A DNA stretch of 64,000 nt from an uncultured virus (IMG/VR IMGVR_UViG_3300033175_000390). Lineage: Duplodnaviria; Heunggongvirae; Uroviricota; Caudoviricetes. Under the pieces are notes generated by a model. The model saw only the letters and a list, made by a program, of their open reading frames with translations, did not search any database and was not told where the DNA came from. How positions within the stretch are numbered: the first letter of the stretch is position 1; each line of letters opens with the position of its first letter. Where the stretch lies: the IMG/VR virus record IMGVR_UViG_3300033175_000390. One strand, written 5' to 3'. Below, one piece after another: positions 49,087 through 59,304 of the stretch. A program made the translations under genes and the position numbers.

Positions 49087-51557
49087 GTGCGCCCAGATAG
49101 GGCATTGCCTAATGTGGTGTAGGAGCCACTCCGAACGATAACTCGGGAAATAACCCACTTAACCGAAAGGCGAAAGCTGGCACGGGAACAAAGCACGGTG
49201 GGAAAGCGGTAAGTCACCTTAAAACACATTGGTGCGACTGAACTGCAATATTAAGCGGATATAAGGTTTAAATTGGGTTTATTGAATGCGAGTTTCCAGT
49301 TTCTGTTAGTCGTAGGCGGAGGAAATGTGTTTGTAACCTCTGGAGCAGGAAAGGTTGTCATTAATAGAGGGACAATCGGTTATCAAATATCCTGTTCAAC
49401 ACGCAAGAGAACTTGTGATAACGAAACGAAAGCAAAACCGACAATCCGCACATACCTGTAGGCAGTGTTAACTGGGGATACCCTAAACAGGAACGCCACA
49501 ACGCGGCTATAGCCACAGGGCTTGAATACCCTGCATGGGTACGGAGCGTTCGTAGTAGTCCGAGGACGGGAAAGCCGTCCACATGGCGAAGGGACGCAGT
49601 TGTTGTGTACTAAAATCAAAATTGATTAGGGAGGAAAACCTCATATGCAACCAACAATAGAGATTTTAGCAAGAATCAGCGTAAACTCTAACGCAAACAA
49701 GGATGAAGTTTTTACAAGACTTTACCGCTATTTGTTGCGACCAGATATCTACTTTGAAGCATATAAAAACCTGTATGCCAATAACGGAGCAGCGACCCGT
49801 GGCGTGGATAATGATACCGCAGACGGTTTTAGCGAAGCGAAAATTGATAAAATAATAAAATCGCTTAGTGATGAAACCTACACGCCAAAATCAGTGCGAA
49901 GAACTTATATCGATAAGGGAAACGGGAAAAAGCGACCGTTGGGCATTCCGACTTTTACGGACAAACTGGTGCAGGAGGCACTTCGTATGGTACTTGAAGC
50001 TGTGTATGAACCGTCTTTCTTGGATTGGTCGCACGGTTTCAGACCGAACCGAAGCTGTCATACCGCGCTGGCAAGTTTGAAGAAAGAGTTTACAGGGGCG
50101 CGTTGGTTTGTCGAGGGCGACATTAAGGGTTGTTTTGATAATATCGACCACGCCGTTTTAATAAGTATGCTGAACAAGAAAGTGAAGGATGCACGAATAG
50201 TCAAACTGATTTACAAATTTTTAAAAGCAGGTTATATGGAAAATTGGCAGTACCACAACACCTACAGCGGTACTCCGCAAGGCGGAATTATTTCGCCGTT
50301 GCTTGCCAATATCTATCTGCACGAACTGGATAAGTTTGTAATGATGTTAAAGGCAGAGTTTAACAAGCCGAGAGAAACCCATTCCACGTATGAATACGGG
50401 GTTATAAGAAGAAAGATGAAAAAACTCCGTAAGGAAATCGAAAACGCGGACGGTGACAAGCGTGGGCAATTGCTTGATGAATATAAAGCAACTCGCGCAC
50501 AGTTATTACAAACCCCCGCGAAGTCACAAACTGATAAGAAAATCAAGTATATCAGATATGCAGACGATTTTTTGATTGCCGTCAACGGAAGTCGTGAGGA
50601 CTGTGCGGAAATCAAGCGCAGGTTATTCGAATTTATCGGACAGACCTTGAAAATGGAACTCAGCGACGAAAAAACGTTGATTACCCATAGCAATGATTAC
50701 GCGCGGTTTTTGGGCTACGATGTACGTGTGAGGAGAAATGGAAAAATTAAGCGCGGCGGTAAAAATGGTTGTACTAAACGCACGCTTAGCAATAATGTGG
50801 AACTCTTAGTGCCCTTTGAAGATAAAATCAATAAATTCCTGTTCTCAAAGGGTGTTGTTAAACAACGGCTGAACGGTACTGTCTACCCAACGCACAGACC
50901 CGCCCTGGAACGATTGACCGACCTTGAAATTGTGATGACCTACAACGCCGAACTCCGTGGAATATGCAATTATTACAGATTAGCCAGCAACTATAATAGT
51001 CTTGGGTATTTTGCATATCTGATGGAATATAGTTGTTTACGAACGCTTGCAGGAAAACACAAATCAAAGGTTAGCAAAATCAAGGAGAAGTTCAAAGACG
51101 GTCATGGCAAATGGGGTATTCCTTATACGACTAAAAAGGGTGAAAAGCGCTGTTATTTCGCTAAATTAGCCGATTGCAAAGGGGCAAAATTCTGTACGGA
51201 TATATTGCCAAACGCTTTTGTAATCCACATGAGCGCAAGAAATACCTTTGAAAACAGGTTGAAAGCGAAAGTTTGCGAGCTATGTGGGACAACGGATGCA
51301 GAACACTATGAAATTCATCACATTCACAAGGTAAAAGACCTCAAAGGGAAAGAGCCTTGGAAAGTGGCGATGATAGCCAAACGGCGAAAAACTATGGTGG
51401 TTTGCAGAAACTGTCATAACACAATTCATCATTAAGAGTTTAACTGACCAAACAACAATGGGGAGCCGGATACCTTGAGAGGGGTAAGTCCGGTTCCGGG
51501 AGAGGACTGTGCAAACCTACCGTAGAAATGCGGCAAGGCGGCATTTTCCTACTCCAC
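49087..51557 (+). mobile_element. Group IIA intron (Ll.LtrB-like)
   Basis: 5' GTGCGCCCAGATAGGG, domain V GAGCCGGATAC...GTCCGGTTC, 3' CCTACTCCAC; EBS1/EBS2 match the 5' exon. Confidence 0.92.
49645..51435 (+). CDS. ltrA: Group II intron reverse transcriptase/maturase with HNH endonuclease
   Basis: RPLGIP, GTPQGGIISPLLANIYL, RYADD, CELCG...HH...CRNCH. Confidence 0.95.
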   Translation: MQPTIEILARISVNSNANKDEVFTRLYRYLLRPDIYFEAYKNLYANNGAATRGVDNDTADGFSEAKIDKIIKSLSDETYTPKSVRRTYIDKGNGKKRPLGIPTFTDKLVQEALRMVLEAVYEPSFLDWSHGFRPNRSCHTALASLKKEFTGARWFVEGDIKGCFDNIDHAVLISMLNKKVKDARIVKLIYKFLKAGYMENWQYHNTYSGTPQGGIISPLLANIYLHELDKFVMMLKAEFNKPRETHSTYEYGVIRRKMKKLRKEIENADGDKRGQLLDEYKATRAQLLQTPAKSQTDKKIKYIRYADDFLIAVNGSREDCAEIKRRLFEFIGQTLKMELSDEKTLITHSNDYARFLGYDVRVRRNGKIKRGGKNGCTKRTLSNNVELLVPFEDKINKFLFSKGVVKQRLNGTVYPTHRPALERLTDLEIVMTYNAELRGICNYYRLASNYNSLGYFAYLMEYSCLRTLAGKHKSKVSKIKEKFKDGHGKWGIPYTTKKGEKRCYFAKLADCKGAKFCTDILPNAFVIHMSARNTFENRLKAKVCELCGTTDAEHYEIHHIHKVKDLKGKEPWKVAMIAKRRKTMVVCRNCHNTIHH

Positions 51558-51713
51558 TACGGTACGGTGCATCTGAACCGTTCCGAAGAGGAAACCTGGC
51601 TGACCCCGTTGGGTCTGCTCATGGACTTGTGGGAGTGTCATAAGCAGTTTCTGGGCTTGGCCAGGCCCAAACAGGAGATGTTCATAGACGGCATCATTCC
51701 GGAAGGCGTTTAA
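51558..51713 (+). CDS. 3' exon of tail assembly chaperone gpGT (T part)
   Basis: YGTVHLNRSEEETWLTPLGLLMDLWECHKQF continues RLLY in frame after splicing. Confidence 0.75.
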   Translation, partial: YGTVHLNRSEEETWLTPLGLLMDLWECHKQFLGLARPKQEMFIDGIIPEGV

Positions 51714-51760
51714 GGGTTATCTGCATATAAGCGGCGGCTTATGCACAGATAGCCCTTTTC
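51714..51760 (+). terminator. Strong hairpin/terminator before tape measure gene
   Basis: GGGTTATCTG...CAGATAGCCC followed by TTTT. Confidence 0.55.
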
Positions 51761-51794
51761 TATGTGCAATTCCGCAGCTAAAGGAGGTGGCGGC

Positions 51795-54200
51795 ATGGCG
51801 GACAATTTCGGCCTTAAAATTGGGGTCGAAGGCGAAAAGGAATTTAAAAATGCTCTCAGGGACATCAACCAGTCCTTTAAGGTGCTGGGTAGCGAAATGA
51901 CCCTCGTAACCAGCCAATTTGATAAAAACGATAAATCCATACAATCGGTTACCGCCCGGAACACGGTTCTAAGTAAAGAAATCGACGCTCAGAAAGAGAA
52001 GATTTCCACCCTTAAGGCTGCACTGGACAATGCCTCCTCCTCTTTCGGTGAAAATGACCGCCGTACTCAGAACTGGCAGATTCAACTAAATAAGGCTCAG
52101 GCAGAAATCAACGGTATGGAGCGTGAACTTGAGCAGTCCACAATCGATGCGGATAAGCTCGGTGAAGAATTAGACGATTCCGGTAAAAGTGCTGACGAGG
52201 CCAGTGGCAAGTTCGAAAAGCTGGGCGGCATCCTCAAAGGCATCGGCGTAACTATGGGCGCGGTTGCGGTTGCCGCCGGTGCCGCCGCAATCAAGCTAGG
52301 CCAAGAAGTCGTGCAGCAGTTCGGCGAACTGGAGCAGAACCTGGGCGGTTCAGAAGCCGTGTTCGGCCAGTACGCCGCCTCCATCCAGAAGACCGGCGAA
52401 GAAGCCTACAAGAACCTGGGAGTTTCCCAAAGCGAGTACCTCGCCACCGCCAATAAGATGGGTGCGCTGTTCCAAGGCTCCGGCATTGAACAGCAAAAGT
52501 CGCTGGAACTGACTGAAAAAGCCATGCAGCGAGCGGCGGATATGGCCTCCGTCATGGGTATTGATATGCAGATGGCTTTGGACTCCGTGGCAGGTGCGGC
52601 CAAAGGCAATTTCACCATGATGGATAACCTGGGCGTAGCCATGAATGCCACCAACATCCAAGCCTACGCTTTAGCCAAGGGCCTTGACTTCACCTGGGCA
52701 TCCGCCACCAATGCGGAAAAAGCCGAAGTCGCCATGCAGATGTTCTTTGATACTACCGAGCAGTATGCGGGGAACTTCGCCAAGGAGTCGACCCAGACCA
52801 TCACTGGTTCAATCGGGCTGCTCCAAGCCGCCCTGGGATCGTTTACCGCCGGGCTGGGCAACGCCAACGCCGATATGACAAACCTGACCCAGAATCTGGT
52901 GGAAGCCTTTCAGGCTGTCGTTACTAACATTGTACCGGTTTTGGAGAACATCGTAGCTGCGCTGCCCCCGGCGGTTGGTTCCATATTGCAGGCGGTGGGT
53001 GATCTGCTGCCCACGCTCCTGAGTACAGTTACGGAACTGTTCTCGCAAGTGCTGGAAACCGTCCTGAATCTTTTGCCGCAACTAATCCCGGCGGCTGTTG
53101 GTGCCGTAATGACGATTGTCGGGGCCTTGATTGATAACCTTCCATTGCTCATCGAAGCGGCAGTGCAGCTGGTGTCTGCCCTTGTGGAGGGCATCGGTCA
53201 GGCTTTGCCGGAGTTAATCCCCGCCGCCGTAAACGCTGTCGCAACGATTGTCCAAGGCTTGGCAGACAATCTGCCCATGCTGCTGGGCGCGGCTTTGCAG
53301 CTTATCCTGGGCCTGGCGCAGGGGCTGGTGGACGCGATACCGCAGTTAATTGCCGCATTGCCCGCCATAATTAATGCTCTGGTTGATTTCATCATCGGGG
53401 CTGTGCCGCAGATTATCCAGGCGGGCATCCAGCTTTTAGCGGCCTTGGTCAAAGGACTGCCGGAAATCATCATAGCTGTTGTGGCAGCCATACCCCAGAT
53501 TGTCGAAGCGCTGGTTACCGCCATCATAGACCCGGAAAGCACCGGGATGATAATTGAGGCTGGTTTTGTCCTCTTTGTTTCTTTGATTCAGAACCTGCCT
53601 GCCATCATAGCTGCCATAGTTAAAGCCGTACCCCCGATCATTACCGCCATAGTGAACGACTTTCGCCAGGGCATCGACCGTATTGTGGAGGTAGGCAAGT
53701 TTATCGTCGAGGGTATCTGGGAAGGGGTCAGCCAGATGGGTGGCTGGCTGGCGGACAAAGTGAGAAACTTTGCTAAATCCATCATTGACTCCATAACCAG
53801 CGCTTTAGGGATTAGCTCGCCATCAGTCGTCATGCGGGACTTGGTCGGCAAAAACCTGGTATTAGGTTTGGCGGAAGGAATAAGCCAAAACAGCAAAGAC
53901 GCGGTCATAGCAGCTCATCGTCTGGTCAGCGATACTCTGGCTGCCATGGAGGAACTGAGCAAGGGGACGGATTTTACGATTGCAGTGGGTGGTCTTAAGT
54001 CTGGATTGGAAGGTATGATGCCGCCAGCAGCAGCTCCTTCTGAACTGGCTTCATCAAACTTCGGCAGATATTCCCCAGACACACCAGGCAGCGCTGTGAT
54101 CAACAACACTCTAAACTTTTACACTCCCACCGCCAGCCCAGCGGATATCGCTAAAGCCAGCCGCCGGGCAGCGGAGCAGATGCTGCGGTATGCCACTTAG
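51795..54200 (+). CDS. Tape measure protein
   Basis: GLKIGVEGEKEFK start, Ala/Leu/Ile-rich repeats, GISSPS. Confidence 0.9.
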   Translation: MADNFGLKIGVEGEKEFKNALRDINQSFKVLGSEMTLVTSQFDKNDKSIQSVTARNTVLSKEIDAQKEKISTLKAALDNASSSFGENDRRTQNWQIQLNKAQAEINGMERELEQSTIDADKLGEELDDSGKSADEASGKFEKLGGILKGIGVTMGAVAVAAGAAAIKLGQEVVQQFGELEQNLGGSEAVFGQYAASIQKTGEEAYKNLGVSQSEYLATANKMGALFQGSGIEQQKSLELTEKAMQRAADMASVMGIDMQMALDSVAGAAKGNFTMMDNLGVAMNATNIQAYALAKGLDFTWASATNAEKAEVAMQMFFDTTEQYAGNFAKESTQTITGSIGLLQAALGSFTAGLGNANADMTNLTQNLVEAFQAVVTNIVPVLENIVAALPPAVGSILQAVGDLLPTLLSTVTELFSQVLETVLNLLPQLIPAAVGAVMTIVGALIDNLPLLIEAAVQLVSALVEGIGQALPELIPAAVNAVATIVQGLADNLPMLLGAALQLILGLAQGLVDAIPQLIAALPAIINALVDFIIGAVPQIIQAGIQLLAALVKGLPEIIIAVVAAIPQIVEALVTAIIDPESTGMIIEAGFVLFVSLIQNLPAIIAAIVKAVPPIITAIVNDFRQGIDRIVEVGKFIVEGIWEGVSQMGGWLADKVRNFAKSIIDSITSALGISSPSVVMRDLVGKNLVLGLAEGISQNSKDAVIAAHRLVSDTLAAMEELSKGTDFTIAVGGLKSGLEGMMPPAAAPSELASSNFGRYSPDTPGSAVINNTLNFYTPTASPADIAKASRRAAEQMLRYAT

Positions 54201-54214
54201 AAAGGAGGAAGGCT

Positions 54215-55081
54215 GTGCAGAAGCTGGTATTTACGAATTCAAGGGGCCTATCGGTTTCCTTTGATACAGTGACTCCCTATCTTTTTTGGAAGATAGACGG
54301 CACCGGCTTGCCCCCGGTTACGCCCATACAGACCCAGACCGTCGGGCAGAACGGTTATACACTGCACTCCACCTTGCTGGAATCCCGCGAAGTGCGCCTG
54401 ACCGGGCATATATACAGCCGTGAGGGTTTTAAGGCGTTTTACTCTGCCCGCAAGCGGATAAACGCAGTTTGCAACCCCTTGCTGGGTCCCGGCTGGATTC
54501 TTTACGAAAATAACTATGGTGTATTTAAAACCGGCGCCTTTGTGACAGACATAGCTTTCAGAGACCGGGTAGGCAACTCCCAGACCCTAACGGTTTCATT
54601 TGAGTGTCCTTCGCCTTTTTGGACGGCGGCGGAAAAAAGCGTGGCCTTACTGGCTTACATGTGGGGCGGGATGTCTTTCCCGATTAAAACCCCGAATCGT
54701 TTTGGAGTTATGGGCTACCAGGCCATCATCAACAACGACTCGGACGCGGATACCCCGCTAGAGCTTACCATGGACGGAGGTTCTTTAAACCCGGAGATAA
54801 TTAACCAGACTACCGGGGAGTTTATTAAACTGGCGCACCAGGTTAACCCCGGCGATAAGCTCTACATCAACACTGACCCGGAATACCTGGAAGTCAGCCT
54901 GATTACCACCGATCCGGAAACCAACCAGAAAGTAAAGCAAAACGCTTACGGCTACATTACCCACGACTCCTCCTTGTTCAAGCTGGTACCGGGGGTAAAC
55001 CGCCTGACTTTTGAGTCTGACGATGAGAACACGGCGGTGCGGCTGGTGATTGGCTTTTACAAAAGATATGTGGGGGTGTAG
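54215..55081 (+). CDS. Distal tail protein (Dit)
   Basis: FECPSPFW, LVPGVNRL; position after tape measure. Confidence 0.8.
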   Translation: MQKLVFTNSRGLSVSFDTVTPYLFWKIDGTGLPPVTPIQTQTVGQNGYTLHSTLLESREVRLTGHIYSREGFKAFYSARKRINAVCNPLLGPGWILYENNYGVFKTGAFVTDIAFRDRVGNSQTLTVSFECPSPFWTAAEKSVALLAYMWGGMSFPIKTPNRFGVMGYQAIINNDSDADTPLELTMDGGSLNPEIINQTTGEFIKLAHQVNPGDKLYINTDPEYLEVSLITTDPETNQKVKQNAYGYITHDSSLFKLVPGVNRLTFESDDENTAVRLVIGFYKRYVGV

Positions 55082-55083
55082 GT

Positions 55084-56196
55084 ATGGCAGATATTTGTGA
55101 AATCCGGGTTTACGACCCAGAGCTTAACTGGATTGGAGTATGCGCCACCGCCGAGTCGGCGCGTTTTGAGCGAGAACTCTACGGGGCGGGAGCTTTTGAA
55201 ATTCATGTGCGCCCTGAGAAATCCGGGGCGATAGAACTGGCCACCCCCGGCAATTTTATCATCATAAACGGAGATCCCGCTTGGTCGGGAATCATCCGCA
55301 GCTTTTCGGTCATCGAGAGCCGGGGCCAAGCCGAGTTTGCCATCTGGGGCGAATCTTGCGCCGGAATATTAAAACAGCGGGTAATCGTGCCCCCTACCCA
55401 GGCTCAGGATCTCACGGCCTTGGGTTGGGATAAAGTGACGGGCAGCGCGGAAGCGGTTATGAAACATTACGTCAGCCTGCAGGCAATGGAGCCTTATGAC
55501 CCTGCCCGCGCTTTTCCCCTGCTGAGGATAGAGGCAAACCAGAACCGAGGTCAGTCCTTTTCTTGGCAGGCGCGTTACTCCATCCTTCTAGACGAGTTAA
55601 GCGATATCGGCAAATACGCCGGAATGGGTTTTGCGGTAACGGCTCACGCCGGAGCGAAGCAGCTTGCCTTTGAGACTGTTCTCGGCACTGACCGCAGCAA
55701 AAACCAGGATATAGTCTCCCCCGTGTCCTTTAACATGGAGTACCAGAACCTGGCTGACTACACCTACACGGAAGATTACAGTAATTACCGCACCACCGCC
55801 TATGCCGGGGGTGACGGCAAGGACGAAAACCGGCCGGTAATTGTACTAGACGGTGATATATCCGGCCTTTTGCGCTTTGAAACCTTTATTGACTGCTCCA
55901 ACGCCAAGAATACGGCGGAACTGCAGGCCCTGGGGCGGCAAAAGCTCGCTGAGATGGCGGCGGCTAAAAACGTGGAGGCTTCCGCTTTGCCCAAGGCCTA
56001 CATCTTCGGTCAGGATTACTTTTTAGGCGACCTGGTGACCTTGTATATCTCCCGGCTGGGACTGGATATCAGTGCCAGGGTTACCTCTGCGGTTGAAATC
56101 TGGGAAAGGCAGTCCGGACACAAGACGGAAATCCGCTTTGGGGAGAAGCTGCCCAATATATTTACCACATCTTTAAAAAAGGAGGTGATCCTCTAA
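55084..56196 (+). CDS. Siphovirus Gp37-like tail/baseplate protein
   Basis: AYAGGDG, DYFLGDLVT; position after Dit. Confidence 0.75.
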   Translation: MADICEIRVYDPELNWIGVCATAESARFERELYGAGAFEIHVRPEKSGAIELATPGNFIIINGDPAWSGIIRSFSVIESRGQAEFAIWGESCAGILKQRVIVPPTQAQDLTALGWDKVTGSAEAVMKHYVSLQAMEPYDPARAFPLLRIEANQNRGQSFSWQARYSILLDELSDIGKYAGMGFAVTAHAGAKQLAFETVLGTDRSKNQDIVSPVSFNMEYQNLADYTYTEDYSNYRTTAYAGGDGKDENRPVIVLDGDISGLLRFETFIDCSNAKNTAELQALGRQKLAEMAAAKNVEASALPKAYIFGQDYFLGDLVTLYISRLGLDISARVTSAVEIWERQSGHKTEIRFGEKLPNIFTTSLKKEVIL

Positions 56197-57158
56197 TGGC
56201 ACAAATCTGGTACGGACATTTTGACTCAACTGAAGATGACGAACGTGTCCTATTGGCAGAAGACTGGGCCAGGTATATACGCTCTTTCGTTTCCGACGGC
56301 GTCCGCAATGGCGGGGCTTGCCTGCAGGTCAGCGCTGATGGAGGCGCTAACGTTAAGATAGATACCGGCATTGCCTCAATTCAGGGATATATCTTTTATC
56401 TGGATGAAGATTACACGGGCAGATACTACAGTGTACCCGTCCCTGACGCCAACCCCAGCCTGAACAGAATAGACCGTTTAATCCTGCGCCTGGATCGGAC
56501 CATCCAGAACCGGGCCATCATTCCCCTGGTCTTAACCGGAGAAGCCTCCGCCAGCCCGGTGCCGCCTGCTTTGACAAGGAACGAAAACATCTATGAGCTG
56601 TCTTTAGCGCGTATCTATGTGAAAGCCGGGGCTTTGCAAGTCTATGAACAGGATATTACCGACGAGCGTTTTATCCAAGAGGTATGTGGACTGATGCACT
56701 CGGTGCTGGGACTGGACTCATCCGCCTGGCAAGCTCAGTTTGACGCCTTTATGGCCCAAATTGGGGCTGCTTTTACCGATGCCCAAAATGACCGGGATAA
56801 TAACTGGCAGGGACAGATGGACAGTCAAGAGGCACAGTTTGAAACCTTTATGGACGGGGCACAAAGTAGCCTGGCGACCGCTGCCGGTTTTGACTTCTGG
56901 AACACAGCTCGTTTACCGGGGAATTATTATCTGACTGAGTACCCAGCCGACGGCAGCATCGTCACTACTATCAAAAAAACGGCTGGCGATACTCTAGTAG
57001 CTACCGGGGTTACCACCTACCCGGCAGACGGTTCAGTGGTTTATGAGGAAACGGTCTACCAGGCGGATGGAGCGACTATCCAGCGCCACACTATTGAAAC
57101 TACAACTTACGCGGCCGACGGAAGTATTATGAAGGAGGTGCAGGGGCTGTATGATTGA
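56196..57158 (+). CDS. Baseplate/upper tail fibre protein with YxADG repeats
   Basis: RIDRLILRLD, YELSLARI, ITDER; four YxADG repeats. Confidence 0.65.
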   Translation: MAQIWYGHFDSTEDDERVLLAEDWARYIRSFVSDGVRNGGACLQVSADGGANVKIDTGIASIQGYIFYLDEDYTGRYYSVPVPDANPSLNRIDRLILRLDRTIQNRAIIPLVLTGEASASPVPPALTRNENIYELSLARIYVKAGALQVYEQDITDERFIQEVCGLMHSVLGLDSSAWQAQFDAFMAQIGAAFTDAQNDRDNNWQGQMDSQEAQFETFMDGAQSSLATAAGFDFWNTARLPGNYYLTEYPADGSIVTTIKKTAGDTLVATGVTTYPADGSVVYEETVYQADGATIQRHTIETTTYAADGSIMKEVQGLYD

Positions 57159-58659
57159 AGCCGACATCAAAAAATTCTTAAATGACCGGGTTCCCAATGA
57201 TCCTGAGTTTAAAGCCTTAAACCGGCAAATTGAGGGGTTAGAGGGAATGCTCGCTGCCGAAGCGGATAAAGAGCAATTAAGGCGGATGCGCAGGCGGTTG
57301 GCAAACGCGGCCACTTATTGCGCGGGGGTTAATTTTCCCAATACCGCCGCTTTGTATTTCCCCACCGTCAGGAGCCAATACAATAACAGCAATATTTTCT
57401 TAACCAGCCACTATGCCAATAACATAGGCTGGGGCAACATCAACACTTTTAAGCTTAAAATCAATGATGCCATGGATACCTTCGTGTACCTCTATACCGA
57501 CGGCGCCAGCGCCAGTTATTCCATGTGGCGCTTGGCCGGGGCTTATAACGGGGGTACGTTTTTGACACAAAGCACCAGAACGGCAATCTCCTTTACTGGG
57601 CTGCCTTCAGATATATCCTATACCGCCATGGATATGTCGGCAGATGGTGATATTGTCTGCGTCGCCACCAGCAACGAGGCCAACCGGCTGACGGTGCTCA
57701 AACGAAACAGCGGTTCCAATACCGCCTATACAGCCGCAACGGTTGACGCTCAGCCGGACGCCAATGCCAGCGCCCTTTGCCTAAGCGGCGATGGCAGGAT
57801 GATATTGGTGTCCCACACTGCCGCTCCTTATTTGACGGTCTATATGACCAATGCCGACCGCAGTGCCTATACCCGGCAAAGCTTGGCTGAAATCGGTGTT
57901 AGCGTGGGCCGGGCAGTGTATATCACCGCCGCCAGTTTTGACGGCGCTACTTTTGCCCTGGGCTATAACCAAAATACGGCCGCCACCCCGGCGGTAGATG
58001 TTTACCGGCTGCAGCCGGGCGGGGTTTATGCCTCAGCGGGGGTGGATTACCTCTCCCTATATAGTTTAGGCATTTTATGCTACGGCCACCGGGAAGGGCT
58101 GCAATTAAGCCGTGACGGCAACACCCTGCTTATGTTCCTGCGGCAGTCCACCAATTACTATGAACCGGTAATTCTGAAATTCGACGAGTCAGGACAGCGC
58201 TTCGCTTTTGACGCGACAGAACACAACAACCAAATCTGGCGTCTTTCCTATTCCTCGACGGAATACGGCGGCGGATTAAGTTACCGTGACATTAATTATG
58301 AACTGTCGGCGGACGGCAACTGGCTTTTTTCCAGCCAGCTTTACCGCAGTACCTCATCGCCATATGGTGTCTACAACCTGCTGCGGGTCATGGATGTGTC
58401 AGGCGGGGTTATCCGCCAGGCTTTGCCGGTACATTCCGCACTGCTTTCCACCACCAACCCCGGCGACGAAGCCCGCTATGGGGCCTCTTACTGGGCGCAG
58501 CACTATTTCTGGGTGGACCCGAAGATGCGTTTTGTCTGGCGGGGAGTGATTCCCTATACAAATTACACCAACGATTCCCCCTACTATGCCTATTATTTAC
58601 ACTACAATTCCTACGCCTCCAGCGACATCATCATGCTGGATGGAGTCTGGACTGATTAA
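57151..58659 (+). CDS. Beta-propeller-like putative receptor-binding protein
   Basis: Repeated SADG/SGDG/SFDG/SRDG blade motifs. Confidence 0.55.
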   Translation: MIEADIKKFLNDRVPNDPEFKALNRQIEGLEGMLAAEADKEQLRRMRRRLANAATYCAGVNFPNTAALYFPTVRSQYNNSNIFLTSHYANNIGWGNINTFKLKINDAMDTFVYLYTDGASASYSMWRLAGAYNGGTFLTQSTRTAISFTGLPSDISYTAMDMSADGDIVCVATSNEANRLTVLKRNSGSNTAYTAATVDAQPDANASALCLSGDGRMILVSHTAAPYLTVYMTNADRSAYTRQSLAEIGVSVGRAVYITAASFDGATFALGYNQNTAATPAVDVYRLQPGGVYASAGVDYLSLYSLGILCYGHREGLQLSRDGNTLLMFLRQSTNYYEPVILKFDESGQRFAFDATEHNNQIWRLSYSSTEYGGGLSYRDINYELSADGNWLFSSQLYRSTSSPYGVYNLLRVMDVSGGVIRQALPVHSALLSTTNPGDEARYGASYWAQHYFWVDPKMRFVWRGVIPYTNYTNDSPYYAYYLHYNSYASSDIIMLDGVWTD

Positions 58660-58671
58660 GGGAGTGAAATT

Positions 58672-59304
58672 ATGTACGCGATTTTAAATGAGGACGGCTA
58701 CTGTATTATGTACGCCAAAGAAGCGCCTTCGCCGGAACTGGCGGTAAAAGTAGCCATGGCGGAGGTTTTAAGCGGCAAGTATGCAGGCCAGCGCTTTGAT
58801 CGGGAAACCGGGCTGTGGGCCGATGAAAGGGACGAGGTTCTGGCGGCGGGTTTCCCGCCTTATATATTCAGCCTGGAAGAGAAGGTTGATTTAATTCTGA
58901 CCTTGCTTTGCGGCTTGCTTATGCCGGGCGCTTTTGAAGCCGTTTTATCCCCGGATACTGCTATCCTGGCGGCAAACCGGGGGCTGATCAAAGAAACCGC
59001 CGACGGCTCCCAGTGGGCACCTAATAAGAGGATGGTAAAAGGCCAGCTGGTAACCTGGCAAGGGCAGGTGTACAAAATCATCCAAGAGCATATTTCTCAG
59101 GCAGACTGGCCGCCGGACATGGTTCCGGCTTTATTTTTGCCTGTGGCCGAGGGCGGGGTTTTCCCGGAATGGAAACAGCCTAGCGGAGCGCATGACGCTT
59201 ATCATCTCGGCGACAAAGTGACTTATGAAGGGAAGCTCTGGGTCTGCGTAGTGGAAAGCACCAGCTACGCGCCGGGGGTATACGGATGGGAGGAATTGCA
59301 ATGA
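58672..59304 (+). CDS. Tail-associated protein with carbohydrate-binding (CBM5/12-like) repeats
   Basis: VTWQGQVYKIIQEH; AYHLGDKVTYEGKLW. Confidence 0.7.
   Translation: MYAILNEDGYCIMYAKEAPSPELAVKVAMAEVLSGKYAGQRFDRETGLWADERDEVLAAGFPPYIFSLEEKVDLILTLLCGLLMPGAFEAVLSPDTAILAANRGLIKETADGSQWAPNKRMVKGQLVTWQGQVYKIIQEHISQADWPPDMVPALFLPVAEGGVFPEWKQPSGAHDAYHLGDKVTYEGKLWVCVVESTSYAPGVYGWEELQ

Noticed and set aside
51528..51557. Standalone 61-aa ORF starting MRQGGIFLLH
   Set aside because: Its first ten codons lie in intron domain VI; the rest is the gpGT 3' exon
49645..58659. Diversity-generating retroelement (RT near a Tyr/Asn-rich tail protein)
   Set aside because: The RT has maturase and HNH domains inside clear group II intron boundaries; I saw no template/variable repeat pair or Avd-like gene
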